A stretch of 64,000 nucleotides of DNA from positions 53 to 64,052 of the forward strand of contig CAWIAX010000003.1 of NCBI GenBank assembly GCA_963834305.1. Direction: 5' to 3'. Both the position numbers and the translations under genes were made by a program. Shown here piece after piece: positions 60,673 to 64,000 of this stretch (positions within the stretch are counted from its first letter, which is position 1; each line of letters begins with the position of its first letter). This DNA is from an uncultured Acidobacteriota bacterium. Its GTDB lineage: Bacteria > Acidobacteriota > Vicinamibacteria > Vicinamibacterales > 2-12-FULL-66-21. Below the pieces are notes generated by a model, which was not told where the DNA came from, did no database searches, and saw only the letters and a list, made by a program, of their open reading frames with translations.

Positions 60673-63136
60673 CTACTCCGTGCGCAGCGCGGTGACCGGT
60701 TCGACCTTCGTGGCCCGGCGCGCCGGGAGGTAGCTGGCGACGAGTGTCACGACGCCGAACAGGATGCCGGCACCGGCGAATGTCACCGGGTCGAGCGCGC
60801 TGATCCCGAACAGCAGGCTGCGCAGCAGGTGCGAGCTGGCGGCGGCCACGACGATGCCGATGGCAACGCCGGTGGCGGCCAGCGCGGCACCCTGGCGCAG
60901 CACCAGCCTGACGACGTCGGACGCGTCCGCGCCGAGGGCCATGCGGATGCCGATTTCCCGCGTCCGCCGGCTGACCGCGTACGCGGTCACGCCGTAGATG
61001 CCGACAATGGCGAGCAGCAACCCGACCAGGCCGAGACTCGCGGCCACGGCCGCGGCGATGCGCTGGGGGACCACGCCGAGGGCGGTGATCTGTTCCAGCG
61101 CCAGGGCTTCGGTGACCGGCAGGTGGGGGTTCATCTGCCGGACGAGGGCACGCACCTGCGGAACCATCGTCCGGCCGTCCGTCGAGCGGACGATCAGGTT
61201 GAGGCGTCCCATGAACTGCTGCGCCAGCGGCACGTAGACGAATGGACCCGGCTCGCCGTTCAGCGAGTTGACCTTCGCATTGGCGGTGACCCCCACGATG
61301 GTCAGGACCTGGCTGCCGTCGGGGCGCTGCTGCTCGATCTGGCGGCCGAGCGGATCCTGACCCGGCCAGCACAGGCTGGCGAACGCCTCGTTCACGATCG
61401 CCACGGCCGGCGAGCCATCGAGGTCGGCGCCGGTGAAGTCGCGGCCGCGCAGCAGCGGCAGCCGGAGCGTGGCGAAGTAGCCGGGTTCCACGACGTTCCA
61501 GTCGGCCTGCAGCCGGTCCCGGCCATGCGGCAGCTCGACGCCCGGAACGCGGACGCCGCCGAGACTGAACCGGCCGCCATCGAGCGGAAGGTCGATGGCC
61601 GCGCTCGCCGCGGCGGCGCCGGGCAGCGCCCGCGTGCGCGCGACCAGGTCCCGGACGAAGGCCTCGCCTGTGCCGGCCTTGTAGCCGGCCAGCGACAGAT
61701 CGAGTGCCACGACCTCGACGTGCTGCTGCTCGAAGCCGGGCGCGATGCTCGACGCGTGCTGCAGGGCGCGCAGGAACAGGCCGGCGACGATGAGCAGCAC
61801 AAGGGACAGCGTGATCTGTCCCACGACGAGCGCGCTGCGCAGGCGAAGCCGGGGTGCCGGGTCGAGGCCTTCCGCCTTCAACGCCGGCACGAGGTCGGCG
61901 CGGGAGGCCTGCAGCGCCGGCGCCAGGCCGGCAGCTGCCGCCGCCGCGAGCGTGAGGACGGCGGCGAAGGCGATTACGCGCCAGTCCGTGCCGAGTTCCA
62001 ATGCCATCGGCATCGGCAGCTGGGGCAGCACCGCCAGCAGCAGCGACGTGAGCCAGCGGGTGAGGAGCAGGCCGGCCAGGCCGCCGGCGGCGAAGAGCAC
62101 CGCAGTTTCGGTCAGCAGCTGGCCAATCAACCGGCCGCGGCCGGCGCCGATGGCCAGGCGCACGGCAATCTCGCGGCGGCGGCCCGCGCCCCTGGCGAGC
62201 AGCATTGCCGAGATGTTGACGCAGGCAATCATCAGCACCAGGCCCACGATCACCATGAGCAGGCCGATGAACCCGGCGATGATCGGCACCTGTCCGGGCA
62301 CGAGCGCCGCCGGCTGCACGGCGTAGCTCCTGCCCTGGTTTTCGCGCGGATACTCCCGGACGAGCGCGGCGCCGATGGCGCCCGCCTCGGCATTGGCCTG
62401 CGCGACCGTGACCCCGGGCTTGAGCCGGCCACCCATGAACAGCCAGACCGCCTCGCGAGAGGTCCGGAGGGTGGGGGGCATGCCCGGCGACGTCTGCGCC
62501 AGCATCGAGATGGGGACCCAGAGCTCCGGTTTGAGGAGGGTGGTGCCCTGGAAGCCCCGCGGGGCGACGCCGGCGATGGTGAAGGGGTGGCCGTTCAGGA
62601 TGACCGTACGCCCCGACGGCGGCCGGGTCCGAGCCGAACCGGCGCTCCCACAGCTCGCGGCTGATGACCGCCACCGGGCTGCCGCCCGCGGCGCGGTCGT
62701 CGTCTTCGCGGAGCAGCCGGCCGAGATGCGGCCGCGTCCCCAGCACCTCGAAGTAATTGGCCGAGACCATGGTGCCGTAGACACGCTCGGCGATGCCGTT
62801 CTCCGACAGGCTCATGGGCTGGGGCTCGAGGCGGATGGCATAGACCCCCGCGAGTGTCGTGGTGCGGCGGCGGATGTCTTCGTAGTCCGGGAAGGAGGCG
62901 GTGTCGAAGCCGCGGCCATCCTGTGTCCGCCCGACGTCCACGAGGCGTCCGGGCTCCGACAATCCCGGCAGCGGCCGGATCAGCATCGCGTTGGCGATCG
63001 AAAAGATGGTCGTCGAGGCGCCGATCCCGATCGCCAGGGAGAGCGCGGCAATCAGGCTGAACCCGGGGCTGTGCCACAGCAGGCGGGTGCCGTGCCGCAC
63101 GTCCTGCCTCACCGCATCGAACCATCGACTTGACAT
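60673..63136 (-). CDS. ADOP-type duplicated MacB/FtsX ABC permease; +1 frameshift near 62612
   Basis: QDVRHGTRLL..SPGF, ACVNIS..LLARG..RRREIAVRLAIGA, LVVGQ, GIYGV.AY.VSRRTREIGIRMALGA, YLPARRATKVEP. Confidence 0.9.
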
Positions 63137-63425
63137 GGAGCCTCCTGGCCGTTTGCGGCTAACTACGAAAACGTCGCGCCGCCGGTTCGCGAGGCGCCTG
63201 CCGCCGCAGCCGGCCCCACAAATCGCCCCTGCTGTCCCCTCCTGGTGTCAGTGGGAAAAACTCCGCCACTCTCCCGAAGCCACTAACGAGGCAGGCTGAG
63301 GAAGCCACCAGGCAAGACGACGAACCTTCGGCAAAGATGACTGCAAATGCGCGACTTTCTGCACCCTGCACCGTACCTTCCGCAGCCCCCGGCCCGCCCG
63401 ACTCCGCCAACGCGTCCCAGGTACT

Positions 63426-63441
63426 GGGTATGGGTATTGCT
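63426..63441 (+). promoter_or_regulatory. Putative sigma54 promoter for the PLD-like gene
   Basis: GGGTATGGGTATTGCT with GG-N10-GC spacing, 13 nt before ATG 63455. Confidence 0.45.
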
Positions 63442-63454
63442 CCCAACCTGAGGC

Positions 63455-64000
63455 ATGACCGCCAGAACCCTTGTGTTTGCCCTGGCTGCAATTCTGTCCG
63501 GCCCCCTCACGGCTGAGGCGCAGGACCGCCTCTGCGACACCGCCAACGAGAACTGCCGCGTCCCCCTGATCGACCTCATCCGGAACGAGGAGGTCGGCAT
63601 CGACGTCGGCTTCTGGTTCATGGAGGACGCCCGCTACACCACCGAGCTGCGGCGGAAGATGGAGGCTGGCGTACCGGTGCGCGTCCTGGTCGACACCCGG
63701 GCCAACAGCTCCTATCCCTTCAACATCGAGCGCCTCGCGGAGCTCGAGGCCGCCGGCATCCCGATGCGGCGCAAGGTGACCTCCGGCATCCTCCACTGGA
63801 AGGCGATGCTCTTCGCGGGGCAGAACACCGTCGAGTTCAGCGCCGCCAACTACTCGTCCGCCTTCGTGCCCATCGTGCCGTACGACAACTACGTCGACGA
63901 GGCGATCTACTTCACCGACGACCCGGCGGTCGTCAACAGCTTCCGGACGAAGTTCGACGACCTCTGGACCAACACCAGCCATTATCGGGACTACGCCAAC
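63455..64000 (+). CDS. Exported phospholipase D-like domain protein (5' part, truncated by the window end; absent from the ORF track)
   Basis: MTARTLVFALAAILSGPLTAEA-QDRLCD..., IDVGFWFMED, GVPVRVLVD, ILHWKAML, FSAANYS, F..KFDDLW; open to the window end. Confidence 0.8.
   Translation, partial: MTARTLVFALAAILSGPLTAEAQDRLCDTANENCRVPLIDLIRNEEVGIDVGFWFMEDARYTTELRRKMEAGVPVRVLVDTRANSSYPFNIERLAELEAAGIPMRRKVTSGILHWKAMLFAGQNTVEFSAANYSSAFVPIVPYDNYVDEAIYFTDDPAVVNSFRTKFDDLWTNTSHYRDYAN

Noticed and set aside
60044-63136. 1030-aa ORF suggesting a permease-CBS fusion
   Set aside because: After about 62612 it reads out of frame as low-complexity sequence; the permease ends at 60673 and the CBS gene has its own SD and start at 60472

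Overview
High-GC bacterial chromosome segment, about 70% GC by eye. The gene content points to Acidobacteriota, probably a Vicinamibacterales/subdivision-6-like lineage (inference). Supporting features are three Oar-type TonB-dependent receptors, a Hanks kinase with a TolB-like propeller, an ADOP permease, several PQQ/BamB-like propellers, and DUF1080, ThuA and PVC-type heme proteins. About 47 protein genes tile the window, mostly exported or periplasmic redox and carbohydrate enzymes plus signalling proteins. I found no tRNA, rRNA, CRISPR array, transposase or phage genes. At least 20 single-base indels, nearly all +1, break seven otherwise intact genes; they look like long-read consensus errors rather than pseudogenes. 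Best leads: (i) a tandem paralogous beta-propeller pair co-transcribed with an EF-hand/ThuA protein and divergent from a cytochrome c-helix-hairpin-helix fusion (38.2-45.2 kb); (ii) a promoter- and terminator-bounded structured intergenic RNA, possibly 6S-like (28.95-29.13 kb); (iii) a catalase-fold protein with a remodelled distal pocket; (iv) a Tat-signal HPS/KGPDC-family enzyme; (v) a B3GNTL1/QTGAL-like GT2 that needs a non-canonical (probably CTG) start; (vi) an NTT-HEAT-2x cNMP transporter; (vii) a variant guanidine-II riboswitch before gdx/sugE; (viii) four sigma54-type promoters, some with palindromic enhancer-like sites. All family calls come from motif recognition by eye; no database search was run.
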